Source: Eledone cirrhosa (lineage: Eukaryota). Taken from it: a stretch of 64,000 nucleotides of DNA. The translations under genes were made by a program, and so were the position numbers. This document shows positions 1 to 12,492 of this stretch, piece by piece; the stretch's first letter is position 1; each line of letters opens with the position of its first letter. The notes beneath the pieces are model-generated. The model searched no databases, was not told the origin of the DNA, and saw nothing but the letters and a program-made list of their open reading frames with translations. Location of the stretch: NCBI GenBank assembly GCA_964016885.1, contig OZ024751.1, positions 51,150,001 to 51,214,000 on the forward strand, written 5' to 3'.

Positions 1-2347
1 CAGCCGCTGAAGTACAGGAGGCAATGACTGGCTGCACAAGGGGTAAATCGCCTGGTTTGGATGGTCTGCTCTATGAACTTTACGTACAGATGCCAGACTT
101 GTTCGGAGGCCTCTTGGCGGACGTCTACTGCAACTGGCAACAGAAGGGGAGAATTCCCAGCTCTGTGAGCCGAGGAGCGGTGGCACTGCTCAGAAAGGAT
201 CCGAACAAGGAGGATAACATAGATAATTTCAGGCCCATAACTCTGCTAAACACAGAGTTCAAGATTTTGGCCAAGGTGCTAGCAAAGAGGTTGGCGCTTG
301 TCGTTGGTGGTCTGGTGGGAGAGGCGTAGACATGCGCCATTGCCGACAGATCCATCCACGACAACCTCCACCTCATGCGATACATCGTAGAGAGGGTAGC
401 TAGGGAACCTGGCACGGGTGGGTCCTTGATCAATTTAAATCAGTCGAAAGCTTTCGATAGGGTCGACCATCGTTACCTAGCGGCAGTCCTGCGGGCGGCT
501 GGCATTGGGCCCGTCTTCAGAGGCTGGATCGCTGCCATGCACAGCGACATCTTCTCTGTGGTGAGAGTGAACGGTCACCTTTCGGAACCGTTCAACATCA
601 TGCGCTCGGTCCGCCAAGGATGTCCCCTCTCGTCCCTCTTGTACGTATTGACTCTCGAGCCATTACTGCACAAACTGGAGACGTTGAGGGGCGTCCCGTG
701 CGAACTAAGATGCAGAAGATCCGTGTCAGCATATGCGGACGATGTCACCGTAGTGGTGTCGAACGCCAAACACATCGAGGCGATCGGCACTACACTAAGA
801 GAATACGAAGCGGTGACAGGAGCAATGATCAACCAGGAAAAGTCAGTGGGCCTGCAGCTCGGCACCTGGAGAGGCAGGTACATGCCGTCCAACAGCGTCG
901 TCGGGCGCTGGACGGACGGACCGGTTAAATTGCTAGGGGCGTGGTTCGGTCCGGACCTCCAGACGGACAAAAACTGGGACGAGGTGATGAGCAGGGTGGC
1001 TTCTCTCACCCAGAAATGGGCGGAGAGGAAGCTATCCCTGAAAGGTCGAGCGGAGGTGGCTAACGCGTAGATCGCGTCTGTCATCTGCTACCGCCTGACC
1101 GTCGTACCTTGTCCTAAGCCCCGCCTGATTGCGCTGGAGCGTTTGCTCTTTCGCTTTTTGTGGAAGGGACGCGCTCTGATGGTCAGGCGGTCCATCTGCT
1201 GTCAACACCCGCTACGTGGAGGGCTGGGAATGCCGTGGCTGATGATGCGCAGACACGCGCTCAGGCTACGGCATCTCCACCTCTTCCTCGACGGTGATCA
1301 GGTGTGGTCGCCATTTGCTAGACACGTATTTCCCCAGCTCGTTTCCTTGACGGAGCTGCAGTCCTGGGTCAAGTGAAGACCGAGAGGGAGCTCCTGGAGA
1401 CTGGAATGTCTTCAGGTGCTCACAGCCCTCGACCAATCGGGCAATGTGAATGGTGGAAACTCCACCTTGGCGTTCTATAGAGGATTAGTGGAGGGGAAGA
1501 GCGACGACGTACTTGGGGAAACTCTAGGTGTCGACGAAAATCAACTAGCCAATCTCTTCGGAAGAACTTTCGGGCCGGGGCCTATGGACAACTTCCAGAA
1601 ATCTCTGGCCTGGCAGTACTACCGAGGAGCCTTGCCAGTTCGGGATAAACTCTACAGGCATGGAGGTGCCGTCAGCCGGGCATGTCCGAGATGCGCGCAG
1701 GGCGATGAAACCGTCCTGCACGCACTCGTCCAGTGTCCGAAAATTGCTGACTTGTGGGTTTATGTCGAACACCTGCTGTCGCGTGTAGGATGGATCCGGC
1801 TATCATCTGAGTCCATCGTGAGGATTGCCCCGCCCTCTTCCCTTAGCCGGGAAGGGCAGGCAGTTTTTATCTGTCTGGTGGCCATGGCGAAAGAGATAGT
1901 ATGGTGGATACGTTTGAAAGGGCTGAAGACGAGCACTTACCTCTTCGGTGATGCTCTGATTAACTTTTTCAAATTTCATTTGAAAAGGAAAATCAGGGTA
2001 GAAAGGGAAGTGCTCTCTTCCCAGCATTTTGTTGAAAGATGGGTGAGAGAGGCAAGAATGGCCCGAGTGAATGGGCCTACTCTGAGTATGTGTCTGTAAA
2101 TTAAAGGTGGATAACTGGGAGAGGGCACTTGCCCTGGTGGTCAGGGTCACTGTGGCTTTTTAATGGGCTTTCTCCACCAATGTCCCTCGGAAGTCTCCCC
2201 CCTATTGGGGAATTTTTTCATTGTTCTATTATTATATCCTCTGTTTCTTTTTTTTTACACGCAGAAATGCCCATTTGTACCGCCCTGTATTGTCCTGTAC
2301 TGTCCTTAATGTCTACTTTATGTAAACCCTTGTGGTTAATAAAGAAA

Positions 2348-2349
<2 letters not shown>
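1..2349 (+). mobile_element. Tx1/L1-clade non-LTR retrotransposon, copy 1 (5' part outside window)
   Basis: ORF2 remnant with RT motifs (NFRPITLLNTEFKILAK, KAFDRV, VRQGCPLS, AYADD) and a C-terminal CPRC..ETVLHALVQC zinc finger. The 3' UTR ends CCTTGTGGTTAATAAAGAAATC, followed by (ATT)n. Confidence 0.93.
3..2099 (+). pseudogene. ORF2 (reverse transcriptase + zf-RVT-like domain) of Tx1-like LINE copy 1, interrupted by three premature stops
   Basis: ORFs 24-329, 375-1070, 1143-1376 and 1416-2099 share one frame. Stops are TAG 327-329, TAG 1068-1070 (TAC in copy 2) and TGA 1374-1376 (CGA in copy 2). Confidence 0.9.

Positions 2350-2391
<42 letters not shown>
2350..2391 (+). repeat. (ATT)14 microsatellite between the two LINE copies
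   Basis: Direct reading. Confidence 0.97.
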
Positions 2392-2605
2392 GAATGCCAT
2401 GGTTGACGGAGGCTCGGCTCTGTAAGGTATAGTAATTTTTAACCGTTAAAACAATTGTAAATTGTTTAAAACTTGAACCAAATTGTTGATAAAGACACCC
2501 TCCTCCTCGTGAGAGGGGTCTTTCTGTCCGTTATTTGGCCCTTCGGGGTTAAATAACCAGTTATTGGGGTTTTGTACCCAATATTCATTTTAAACAAAAA
2601 ACAAC

Positions 2606-4710
2606 ATGGCTACGAAAAAGAAATTTCATACGTCACTCCCACTCATTCCGTCTTCTTCTTCCTCAATCATCACTACAGCAGAGAGAAGATTGTCTCTCTC
2701 CCTCCCTTCTTTAAATGTGTCTCTCTCCCTCCCTTCTCTTTCGCAAGTGACGAAAGAAAAGAAAAGTCTCGTGCAAAGCGTGCAAGGTTTCTCCACGACG
2801 ACGACAGCGACGAAACAGGTGTGCGGGAAATACGAAAACCCAGTTCATTCGTCTGACGTCAGGAATAATAGCAGTAGCAGCCGTAATAACAACAGCAACA
2901 GTGACAATGAAAACAACAGTAGCAGCCGCAACAGCATCACCAGCAGCATAAACAACAACAGTATTAGCAGCAGCAACACCAACAACAACCACAGCAACAG
3001 CGGCGGAGGCAGTAGTCGTAGTACCTGCAGCAACAACAAAAGTACCAGCAGCTCTGACGACAACAACAACAATAGCAGCAAAGAAAAACCAATCTCATTT
3101 GCAGGTATTGCGAAAAACTTGGAAACAATCCTCATAACAAATGAGGAATTAGAGGAAGCGAAGAAGATGGTGAAAAAGAATGGACACCGAGCAATCTGCA
3201 AGGCAGCGGAAACATTTTTCGAAACCCAACAGCACTGTACGGTCACGTACCGTACAGTAAGTACAAAATCCCGTAGAGTGGAAAGAGCCACAGAGGCTCA
3301 GATACAAAAAGCCTTGGGGTCTGTGTGGCAGCGGAAAACGCACATCACCCGAGGCAAAAAATATGCCACCGTAGACGTACTTTTTGCCACACCCCAGGAG
3401 GCAAAGGCCCAATCAGTAGTGACCCTAAGGAGCGAGGAAATGGTGTTGGTGCCCTCCTACTGCGGGCAAAAAATTGTGATGGTCAAACTGACCCACATCC
3501 CCCCCCCCCCGGAATGGCCCCTTCTTGGCTGGCCACGTCTGTCCTCGTCGGAATCGAGGACAAAACAACTGTACTGCAAGTACAGAAAAAAGTAAGAGAA
3601 GATTGGGTAGGCACCTCCATTGAGATGCTAATCCAAACCAACCAGGAGTGCATCGAAGCTATCCCGGATGTGATAGATTTCGATAACGGCACTCAACTGC
3701 CCATAAGTGTTGAGGGCAAACGCCCGAAATGCTTTCGCTGTGGATCGAAGACTCACCTCACGGCCTTCTGCAACGAGAAGACCCTGAGAAAGGAGACAAC
3801 CCCCTCCTTCCGAATCCGGCTCCACGGCTACCAGCAACAGGACAAGCGGCAACCAGGAACGATAGGTCCGTGGCACCCATACCCACTCCACGGAAATCAA
3901 AAACAGCAGCAGCAGTGGAAATATTAACAACAACAACAGCAATACCAAATGCAGCTGCAACAGAGACTCCAGTGCAAACATCACCAACAACAACAAGTGA
4001 AAGAGTGGAGCTGGTACCCCTCCCCGACCTCACAGAATCAGACATGGAGTGTGAGGTGGGAGAGGGATGGCAAAAGGTCGTAAGAAGGCACAAACGCAGA
4101 AGCAGCGCATCGTCGCCTTTGAAAAGGGAGGAAAGAAATGAGAAAAGGGTAAAGTCTACTGCAAAGAGACCCACAGCAGCAACACCACCAACACCATCAC
4201 CACCCACACTAGCACCACCATCACCACCGGCGACAACCCCACCGCCAACAACACCTTCAACACCACCACCACAAGCACCAACATTGCAAACACAACAACA
4301 AAACACACACACCCAGCAACAACGACAAGAAAATAGCAGAACCACACCCCCACCCCCAGAAAAACAAATACACGGCAATAAATACACACAACAAGAAACT
4401 AATGACGTACATAATTGAACACACAGACATTTCACAACAGGACTACATAATACCAGCACCAATCAAAACGCCAACTAACATAAGACTGCTAAAAATAGCA
4501 CAGAAACAATACACAAACATTAAAACGAAATTCCCCAACGCAGTTGGTGATTTCAGGGACCTAGGAGGAACCATCAATCGAAGAGTATATTCAGACATTC
4601 TCTTAGAAGAGCCGACGACCAGCCGAAGGGACGATTCAACGGTCCCTTCACCAGACGATCAAGTGAAAAGGGATGTAAAAACCATCCCTCCTCTACCAAA
4701 AGTACGGTAA
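2606..4710 (+). pseudogene. ORF1 (nucleic-acid-binding, CCHC zinc knuckle) of LINE copy 2, frameshifted
   Basis: Overlapping ORFs 2606-3595, 3325-3927, 3729-4418 and 4402-4710 join into one protein, with one frameshift at the C12 run 3499-3510. CX2CX4HX4C knuckle CFRCGSKTHLTAFC at 3730-3771; GWQKVVRRHKRR motif typical of such ORF1s. Confidence 0.8.
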
Positions 4711-4745
4711 GTGGTCTTTCCCATCTTTTCCACTCTATTTTAAAC

Positions 4746-5984
4746 ATGACCTCACTCAGAATAGGCAGCATAAATGCGCGTGGCTTGGGGTCGTCATTGG
4801 GGCCGTCGCTGGACGGACGGACCGGTTAAATTGCTAGGGGACCTCCAGACGGACAAAAACTGGGACGAGGTGACGAGCAGGGTGGCTTCTCTCACCCAGA
4901 AATGGGCGGAGAGGAAGCTATCCCTGAAAGGTCGAGCGGAGGTGGCTAACGCGTACATCGCGTCTGTCATCTGCTACCGCCTGACCGTCGTACCTTGTCC
5001 TAAGCCTCGCCTGACTGCGCTGGAGCGTTTGCTCTTTCGCTTTTTGTGGAAGGGACGTGCTCCGATGGTCAGGCGGTCCATCTGTTGTCAACACCCGCTA
5101 CGTGGAGGGCTGGGCATGCCGGGCTGATGATGCGCAGGCACACGCTCAGGCTACGACATCTCCACCTCTTCCTCGATGGTGATCAGGTGTGGTCACCGTT
5201 TGCTAGACACGTGTTTCCCCAGCTCGTTTCCTTGACGGAGCTGCAGTCCTGGGTCAAGCGAAGACCGAGAGGGAGCGCCTGGTGACTGGAATGTCTTCAG
5301 GCGCTCACAGCCCTCGACCAATCGGGCAATGTGATCGGTGGAAACTCCACCTCGGCGTTCTATAGAGGATTAGTGGAGGGGAAGAGCGACGACGTACTTG
5401 GGGAAACTCTAGATGTCGACGAAAATCAACTAGCCAATCTCTTCGGAAGAACTTTCGGGCCAGGGCCTATGGACAACTTCCAGAAATCTCTGGCCTGGCA
5501 GTGCTACCGAGGAGCCTTGCCAGTTCGGGATAAACTCTACAGGCATGGAAGTGCCGTCAGCCGGGCATGTCCGAGATGCGCGCAGGGCGACGAAACCGTC
5601 CTGCACGCACTCGTCCAGTGTCCGAAAATTGCCGACTTGTGGGTTTATGTCGAACACCTGCTGTCGCGTTTAGGACGGATCTGGCTATCATCTGAGTCCA
5701 TCGTGAGGATTGCCCCGTCCTCCTCCTTTAGCCGGGAAGGGCAGGCAGTTTTTATCTGTCTGGTGGCCATGGCGAAAGAGATAGTATGGTGGACACGTTT
5801 GAAAGGGCTGAAGACGAGCACTTACCTCTTCGGTGATGCTCTGATTGACTTTTTCAAATTTCATTTGAAAAGGAAAATCAGATTAGAGAGGGAAGTGCTC
5901 TCTTCCCAGCATTTTGTTGAAAGATGGGTGAGAGAAGCAAGAATGGCCCGAGTGAATGGGCCTACTCTGAGTATATATCTGTAA
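4746..5984 (+). pseudogene. ORF2 remnant of LINE copy 2: APE endonuclease start fused to post-RT region
   Basis: ATG at 4746 gives MTSLRIGSINARGLGS (APE motif I), then jumps to sequence matching copy 1 near 906. Also a 1-bp deletion near 5121 and TGA at 5283-5285. Confidence 0.85.
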
Positions 5985-6233
5985 ATTAAAGGTGGAAAAC
6001 TGGGAGAGGGCACTTGCCTTGGTGGTCAGGGTCATTGTGGCTTTTTACTGGGCTTTCTCCACAAATGTCCCTCCGAAGTCTCCCCCCTATTGGGGAATTT
6101 TTCACTGTTATTTTTTTGTTACATCCTCTGTTTTTGTTTTTTACACGCAGAAATGCCCATTTGTACCGTCCTGCATTGTCCTGCACTGTCCTTAATGTCT
6201 ACTTTATGTAAACCCTTGTGGTTAATAAAGAAA

Positions 6234-6235
<2 letters not shown>

Positions 6236-6282
<47 letters not shown>
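6236..6282 (+). repeat. (ATT)n microsatellite 3' of LINE copy 2
   Basis: Direct reading. Confidence 0.97.
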
Positions 6283-6711
6283 GTGCAGTTTCAATGTACA
6301 TTGTTGGTATCGGTCTGTGTAACCCCTTATGAGTTGTTTTGCCTAATTTTGTAGGCCATATATGATCCCTTTGATATATATAATCTCTTTCTCTGCATTG
6401 TATAGATGGTTGGATTCAATGTTCTGAGTACAATGACTGTAACAACCAAGATGAGAACACTAGTCTAAATAGTTCAGTGTATAACAGCATATATATTTAT
6501 TTACTTACATATGTGGCTATGTATTCTATAATAATTAAACATAATTTACATAATACAATAAAATCGGATGAAAAGAAAAGAAAGAAAAAATCACAAGAGC
6601 TGTAACACCCGAGGTTATAAAAGCTGGACAATAAAATTAGAATCAAACACATTTATTTTAGAATAATAAACTTTTAAATTCAATAATAATTCTCACATCT
6701 AACATAAAAGA

Positions 6712-7150
6712 TAGTTTGTATAGACATATATGTATGTTAGTTTGTGTAGATATATATATGTACGTGTGTGAATGTCTATAGCAGTTTGTGTATCTATATA
6801 TGTATGTTTGTTAATGTCTCAGTCAGTTTGTGTAAATACATATATATATATATATACGTGTGCTAATGTCTATAGCAGTTTATGTACATATGTATGTGTT
6901 TGAATGTATATGTCATTTTGTATAGATATATATGTATATGTATGTGTTCTAATCTCTACAGCAGTTTGTGTAGATATGTATGTGTGTGAATGTCTATTAG
7001 TTTGTGTAGATATGTATGTGTGTGAATGTCTATGTTAGTTTGTGTAGATATGTATGTGTGTGAATGTCTATTAGTTTGTGTAGATATATATGTGTGTGAA
7101 TATCTATGTTAGTTTATGTAGATATGTATGTGTATGTCTATGTTAGTTTT
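6712..7150. repeat. Degenerate minisatellite, unit ~32-40 bp (TTAGTTTGTGTAGATATGTATGTGTGTGAATGTCTA)
   Basis: Roughly a dozen recognisable units. Confidence 0.85.
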
Positions 7151-9469
7151 CTTTCTACTCTATGTTTATATATCTACATATACTGTAGATAAGGCCAGAA
7201 AATGTTTTTCTCCTTTATTTCTTGTTTGTTTTGCTTGTAACATTTTTTTTTCTTTTGAAAATGATTGACAAGTTAACATTAAATAACATTCAAAGAAAAT
7301 CTCAATAAATGTATCCAATATATTTATCAAATTCACACACACACAAACACAAAGACATTGTAATGTGTTTATTTTATTTTTTCTATTGTTCTATGTAAAT
7401 CATGGCTGCAGGTGGAGAAGAGAGAGAGAGAAAGCAAGAAAGAGAGAGATAGAGGGAAAGAAAGAGAGAAAGAAAGAGAGACGATTCAAACTAAGATGAC
7501 ATTTAGCTGTTAACTTTCAAATCCCTCAAGAGAATGAGAGAAAAGAAAGAAATGCAAAATAGAAACAAAGACAACAAGAGAAAGAAAGATAACATGAATG
7601 GCTAGAGAATGTTTTGTAAGAATTTTCTACATTAGGAAATAAATAGAAGTTAAAAAAGAAAGTTCCTTTATTAATTAACTCTTAATAATAGGTTAATTTT
7701 GGTATTTTTAATTTAAAGTTGCTGTTGGTGATATTTCATCATTTTTAATCTTCCTTTCTTTTTCTATGTTTTCATTCATTTTTCCTTCCCTTTTCTCTTC
7801 TATTTCCTTTCTTCTTTGCTATCTTCTTCTTCTCTTCATTCTCCTTGTTCATCATTATTGCCATCGTCATCATCATTGTCGTTATCATCGTCTACACCAT
7901 TGTTATCCTCCTCCTCCTCCTCCTCCTCATCATCATCATCATCATCATCATCATCACCACCATCTTTTTATGTCTACTTTTCCATGCTGGCATGTGTTAG
8001 ATGAGATATTTGAGGCAGCATTCTATAGCTGGATGTCTTTTCTGACGCTAATCCTTACTTCTTTTCAGGTATGGTATATGACAACAAATAAAGTACCCAT
8101 AGTGCTATGCAATGGGATCAAAACTGAAACCATATTGTTGTGAAATTAACATCTTAACTATAGAGCCATACTTGTGCCTAATAAAAACAGATAAAACTCT
8201 GACAAGTTATAATTCTATTTTTAAATTATTTGCAATTATTTGGTGAAGCATTTCAACAATCTACCACTTTATTTAGAAACGAAATTATTCCTTATATTTG
8301 TCTTTTGCATATGTCTTGACTATTGTATGTGTGCGTCCTCTCATTTAATTTCTATTTAATTGAAAAAACTTGAAGTTCTCGGTCAGTTCTTTTGCACTAA
8401 CAATCTGAAAATTTCAATTGAATCATGTCTTCTTTCTTCAAGAATAGTTAGCAATAGTTTTTTTTAAAACTCTTTAGTTATCCTATTTAAAATGAAAAAT
8501 ATATTACCTGTGATTTTCAAATCATTTTGATTATAACAAGAATTTGAAGAGGCTTAGTAAAGTAACTGTCACATTATTGAAGCTTAACTTAGCAATGGTT
8601 CTAACATAAAATTATAGTGGAAGGTTTTTAGATAAATATAAACACTTTCAAAACATATTTACTTGTTAATAAACACTTTAATATAAATTTGTATCATCGA
8701 TTCAAGGGCAATTTGAAGCAGTTTAATATCAAAAGGATTAATTTTCCTTTATATGGTAGTTGCCATAATTCAGATACCAGTTTTATAGCTCTTCTTTGTA
8801 TTTTTTTTTTATTTCCTCAATATCTTTAGATGCAGAGATTAGGTTTGAACAATAAATTCCAAATAGGGATAGGGGACAAAAATCTGTTTTCCAATTAAAC
8901 TAGAATTATTGACTAGGGTGGCAGTTATTGATCTGTTTTTCCAATACCAGAGTTAGAGTTAAGATAGAGAGACAGATGAATAATTACTGACTGGAGTTAC
9001 ATAAGAAGTAACTTGCTGAACAATATAATTCAAGAGCTCTGTCAGCTTTTGAAACTTATTGCCAGTAACCTCAAGAGATTATCACTTTCATTTCTTCCTT
9101 ATAATATATCTCATTCTGATTATAGAATAGTTAAAACTTTTGCCAAAATTTCAGCTTCAAATTAAACAGTACGAAAATGTCCTGACAACAGATTTGGCTT
9201 ATATTCAACTTTACCCACTCTTTGGATTCTCATAGCTATTTTAGTTAACACTGGTGAATATTCACAAAGATAGTTGTTCTAAATTTAAATAGAATTCTGT
9301 TTTATTTCTAGAACCCCTAATTTAAATGAAGGATAAAAAATAAGAGTGCAAATGAACACACACATGTAAACATCACGTGATTAGAAGACAGAATTTGAAA
9401 GTTGAATTGAATTAGTAACTTTGCCATATTTTTTGACTACAGAAAATGGTCCTATAATAACTGAGCTTA

Positions 9470-10248
9470 TATACAATTTATTGCCTCCATGATAAACATT
9501 TTCTGCTTTCAAGTTAACTAGTCTATGAAGATGTGATTCAGTGTTGAGTTATTTCCTTAGAATGGAGAAAAAATGGGCACCAGCGTGTGTGGGAATCAAA
9601 CCTACACTTCTTATTTTTGTGCTAACCGAAAGATACAACAATTAATTCTTAAAAAAGAGATTTATATATTTCCTTGCAGGCAGGGAAAAGTGGACGTAAA
9701 ATGAAATGAAAATGATGATGAAATGATTTATAGCAATTTAATAGATCAATGAATAAATATTAGATCTATTATTTCCTTCACTCTAGTATAGCTCTTTCCT
9801 GTAGACCTGTGGTTCCCAAATACATTTTGTCACAGAACCCATATCTATATTTTATGGATAATCCCCACTATCCTAATTTTAGTCAGACATTATATAAAAT
9901 AAAAATTTTTTTAGAGAGAGAATACTTTCATGTAAAAAAATAATATATCTTGAATTTTTATTAAAATACACCTCATCTCATGAAACCACAGAACTTTTGT
10001 GGAAACCTGGATTATTTGGAATTCACTTTAGGAAATATTGCTCTGGATCACACCAAAATGCCGCACTAAAATACAAGCACTACACAGTTTACAAAGCCTA
10101 TGGAAATGCTAACAAAAAATATTTACCAAGAAGAATTCTCTATGTGTACAATTGACTAATTATACAATTTATTGCCTCCATGATAAACATTTTCTGCTTT
10201 CAAGTTAACTAGTCTATGAAGATGTGATTCAGTGTTGAGTTATTTCCT
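9470..10248. repeat. Identical 88-bp direct repeat (9470-9557 and 10161-10248)
   Basis: TATACAATTTATTGCCTCC...GTTGAGTTATTTCCT read twice. Confidence 0.9.
9807..10040. mobile_element. Old hAT (Charlie-like) non-autonomous element
   Basis: Imperfect TIRs CTGTGGTTCCCAAA / TTTAGGAAATATTG, and imperfect 8-bp flanks CTGTAGAC / CTCTGGAT resembling the NTCTAGAN target. Confidence 0.5.
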
Positions 10249-11472
10249 ATATTGAAAGATATCCTCACATAGTACAAAGTGAGTTTAACATAATTTACGC
10301 CATAAAGCATCAGGTTCTACATTTTAATATATTAGCTATACACACTGACCTAACTTTATAGAGAACTCTTAGTGAAAGAAGTCCACTTGAGGCTGTGTAC
10401 AGTTAGCCATAAAATTAATGGTGTAGGTAATAGTCACATTGTTCTTCTGTCCATATTCTCGAACTTCGTCTAAATTCATTCAAGCAATAAAACAGACAAA
10501 TATTAAATTGAAATATTGCCAAATTGTCTTTTAAACATTAGTATCAGTAAATCTATTGATGACTTAGAAATTTGGAATTCATTTCTTAAATCAAGCATGG
10601 CATGTTTGCCTTCAGTGAGCAATGATTTTCTCTGCAGTTTTTGCAGCTTACTTTTGCATGAAAATGTAAAACTAGGTGAAGTGGAATGCCCTAGAGGATT
10701 GCAAAGACTTTCAAACAGTCTGCCATCTATTAATTCCCTTAACATAGAACATAGTCAAGCATAACCAATAATTTTTTAAACTTATTTCTCTGAGAGTAAA
10801 GTTATAATTTTTTTACAGCTTACAGGGTACACTTCTTTCAAACATAGGAAAAAAAATATTCCCTTAAATTAGCTTGCATCTTATAAACAAGTCAGGGTTT
10901 GGGATATTGGCAAGTGGTGGTTCAAGAAATAGTTTGCCAAAAGTGAGGTGCATCTTATAAGCTATCAAACATGATGCATATAATCTAATTAGTAAGGAGC
11001 TAGAAGACTAATGTTCTATGCTATATTCATAACCCGAAACAACTTATCTTTCCTTCTTTAACCCCTGCATTAACATATTTCTCATGAAATATACTTTATT
11101 TAAACAAATCTTATGAATTATTGAAGCGTTGGGTGATTTGAAATTTAGAGAAAGAATCTACCCCAGTATGGGACTGGTAGTTTTTTTTTATCAACTAGTA
11201 AAAGATGGAAGGAAAAGTTTACCTTGACAGGATTTGAACTCAGAGTGCAGAGAGCCAAAATGAGTACTGTAATGCATTCTACCTGATGTTCTAACAATTC
11301 AGCCAAATTGTTGCCTATATATGTATGTAGATATATACAACCATACATACAAATATACATGTATACATACATAACTGCACGTATACATAGATACATACAT
11401 ACACACTCACACACATACATAGATACATACATACATATACGCTCATACACATACACACACATATATATATAT

Positions 11473-11508
<36 letters not shown>

Positions 11509-12206
11509 CATCATCATTTTTTCATTTCATTTATATATATATATATATATACACACATGTATATATACATATATGCATACACACACACGTACACAAACAC
11601 AGAGATAGGATTATGTAAACACACATGTAGATATATACGTGTTCTTCACTAAATCCATTACAGTGATTTTAAGGCTTCAAATTGACACCAAGCAGTTTTT
11701 GAAGTAGTTACAATTTTGACTGTGTATCTGTGTGTGGAGGGTCTGTATATCTGTGTGAGTATGTGTATGTATATATGCATATGTGAGTATGTGTATCTAT
11801 GTGTGTGTGTGTGTGTGTGCATATTTGTTTATATGGAGGGTATGCTTATGTGTGTGTATGTGTGTGCGTATCTGTGTGTGTGCGCGCGCGCGTGTCTGTA
11901 TGTGTGTGAGTGTGTGTGTGAGTGTGTGTGTGTGAGTGTGTGTGAGTGTGTGTGTGTGTGAGTGTGTGTGAGTGTGTGTGTGTGTGAGTGTGTGTGAGTG
12001 TGTGTGTGTGTGTGCATAATAACTGGTTTTATTGAATAAAGGTCAAGTTAATGCAGAGAAAGTGTACAAATTAAGAAATCCATTGAAACCCAGATGAAAT
12101 AGTTAACAAATTGGTAAATACACGGAGAGAGAGAGAGGGGAGAGGAGGAGAAAGAGAGTGAAGGAGAGAAAAGGAGAGAGAGAGGGAGGGAGAGAGGGCG
12201 TGAGGG

Positions 12207-12249
<43 letters not shown>

Positions 12250-12291
12250 GAGAAAGAGAGAATTGCAGCAGATGGTTGAAGATGTTATTGT

Positions 12292-12492
12292 TTAACTCTT
12301 TAATATTTGCATTACCTTATGTAAAGGCTTTACCTCACGTAATTATCTCACATAATATCGAATCTATGAGATTTTGATATTATTTATTTTGAGAACAATA
12401 TCTTAACGTCAGTATGAGTGGCCGGTTACAGTTGATTTGAACAGAAAGAGGTGAGAGAATTCTGGCTGGATATGGCCAGTTTAAATGCTTAG
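12292..12492 (-). mobile_element. piggyBac-type MITE copy (same family as 59943-60143)
   Basis: Reverse-complement match to GAATTCTCTCAC...GTTCTCAAAATAAATAATATCAAAATCTCATAGATTCGATATTATG. Confidence 0.75.

Larger units (their letters stand above)
2392..6235 (+). mobile_element. Tx1/L1-clade LINE copy 2: 5' UTR, frameshifted ORF1, internally deleted ORF2, 3' UTR
   Basis: From ~4807 to 6235 it aligns at high identity with copy 1 (~906-2349). Upstream it carries a gag-like ORF1 and an endonuclease N-terminus. (ATT)n flanks it on both sides. Confidence 0.9.

Noticed and set aside
125-4462. Antisense ORFs over the LINEs (575-1084, 2845-3291, 3758-4462 etc.)
   Set aside because: Shadow frames of GC-richer LINE coding sequence and low-complexity ORF1 tracts.
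7766-8143. ORF with poly-His/poly-Pro
   Set aside because: (CAT)n/(CCT)n tail of a minus-strand SINE B remnant.
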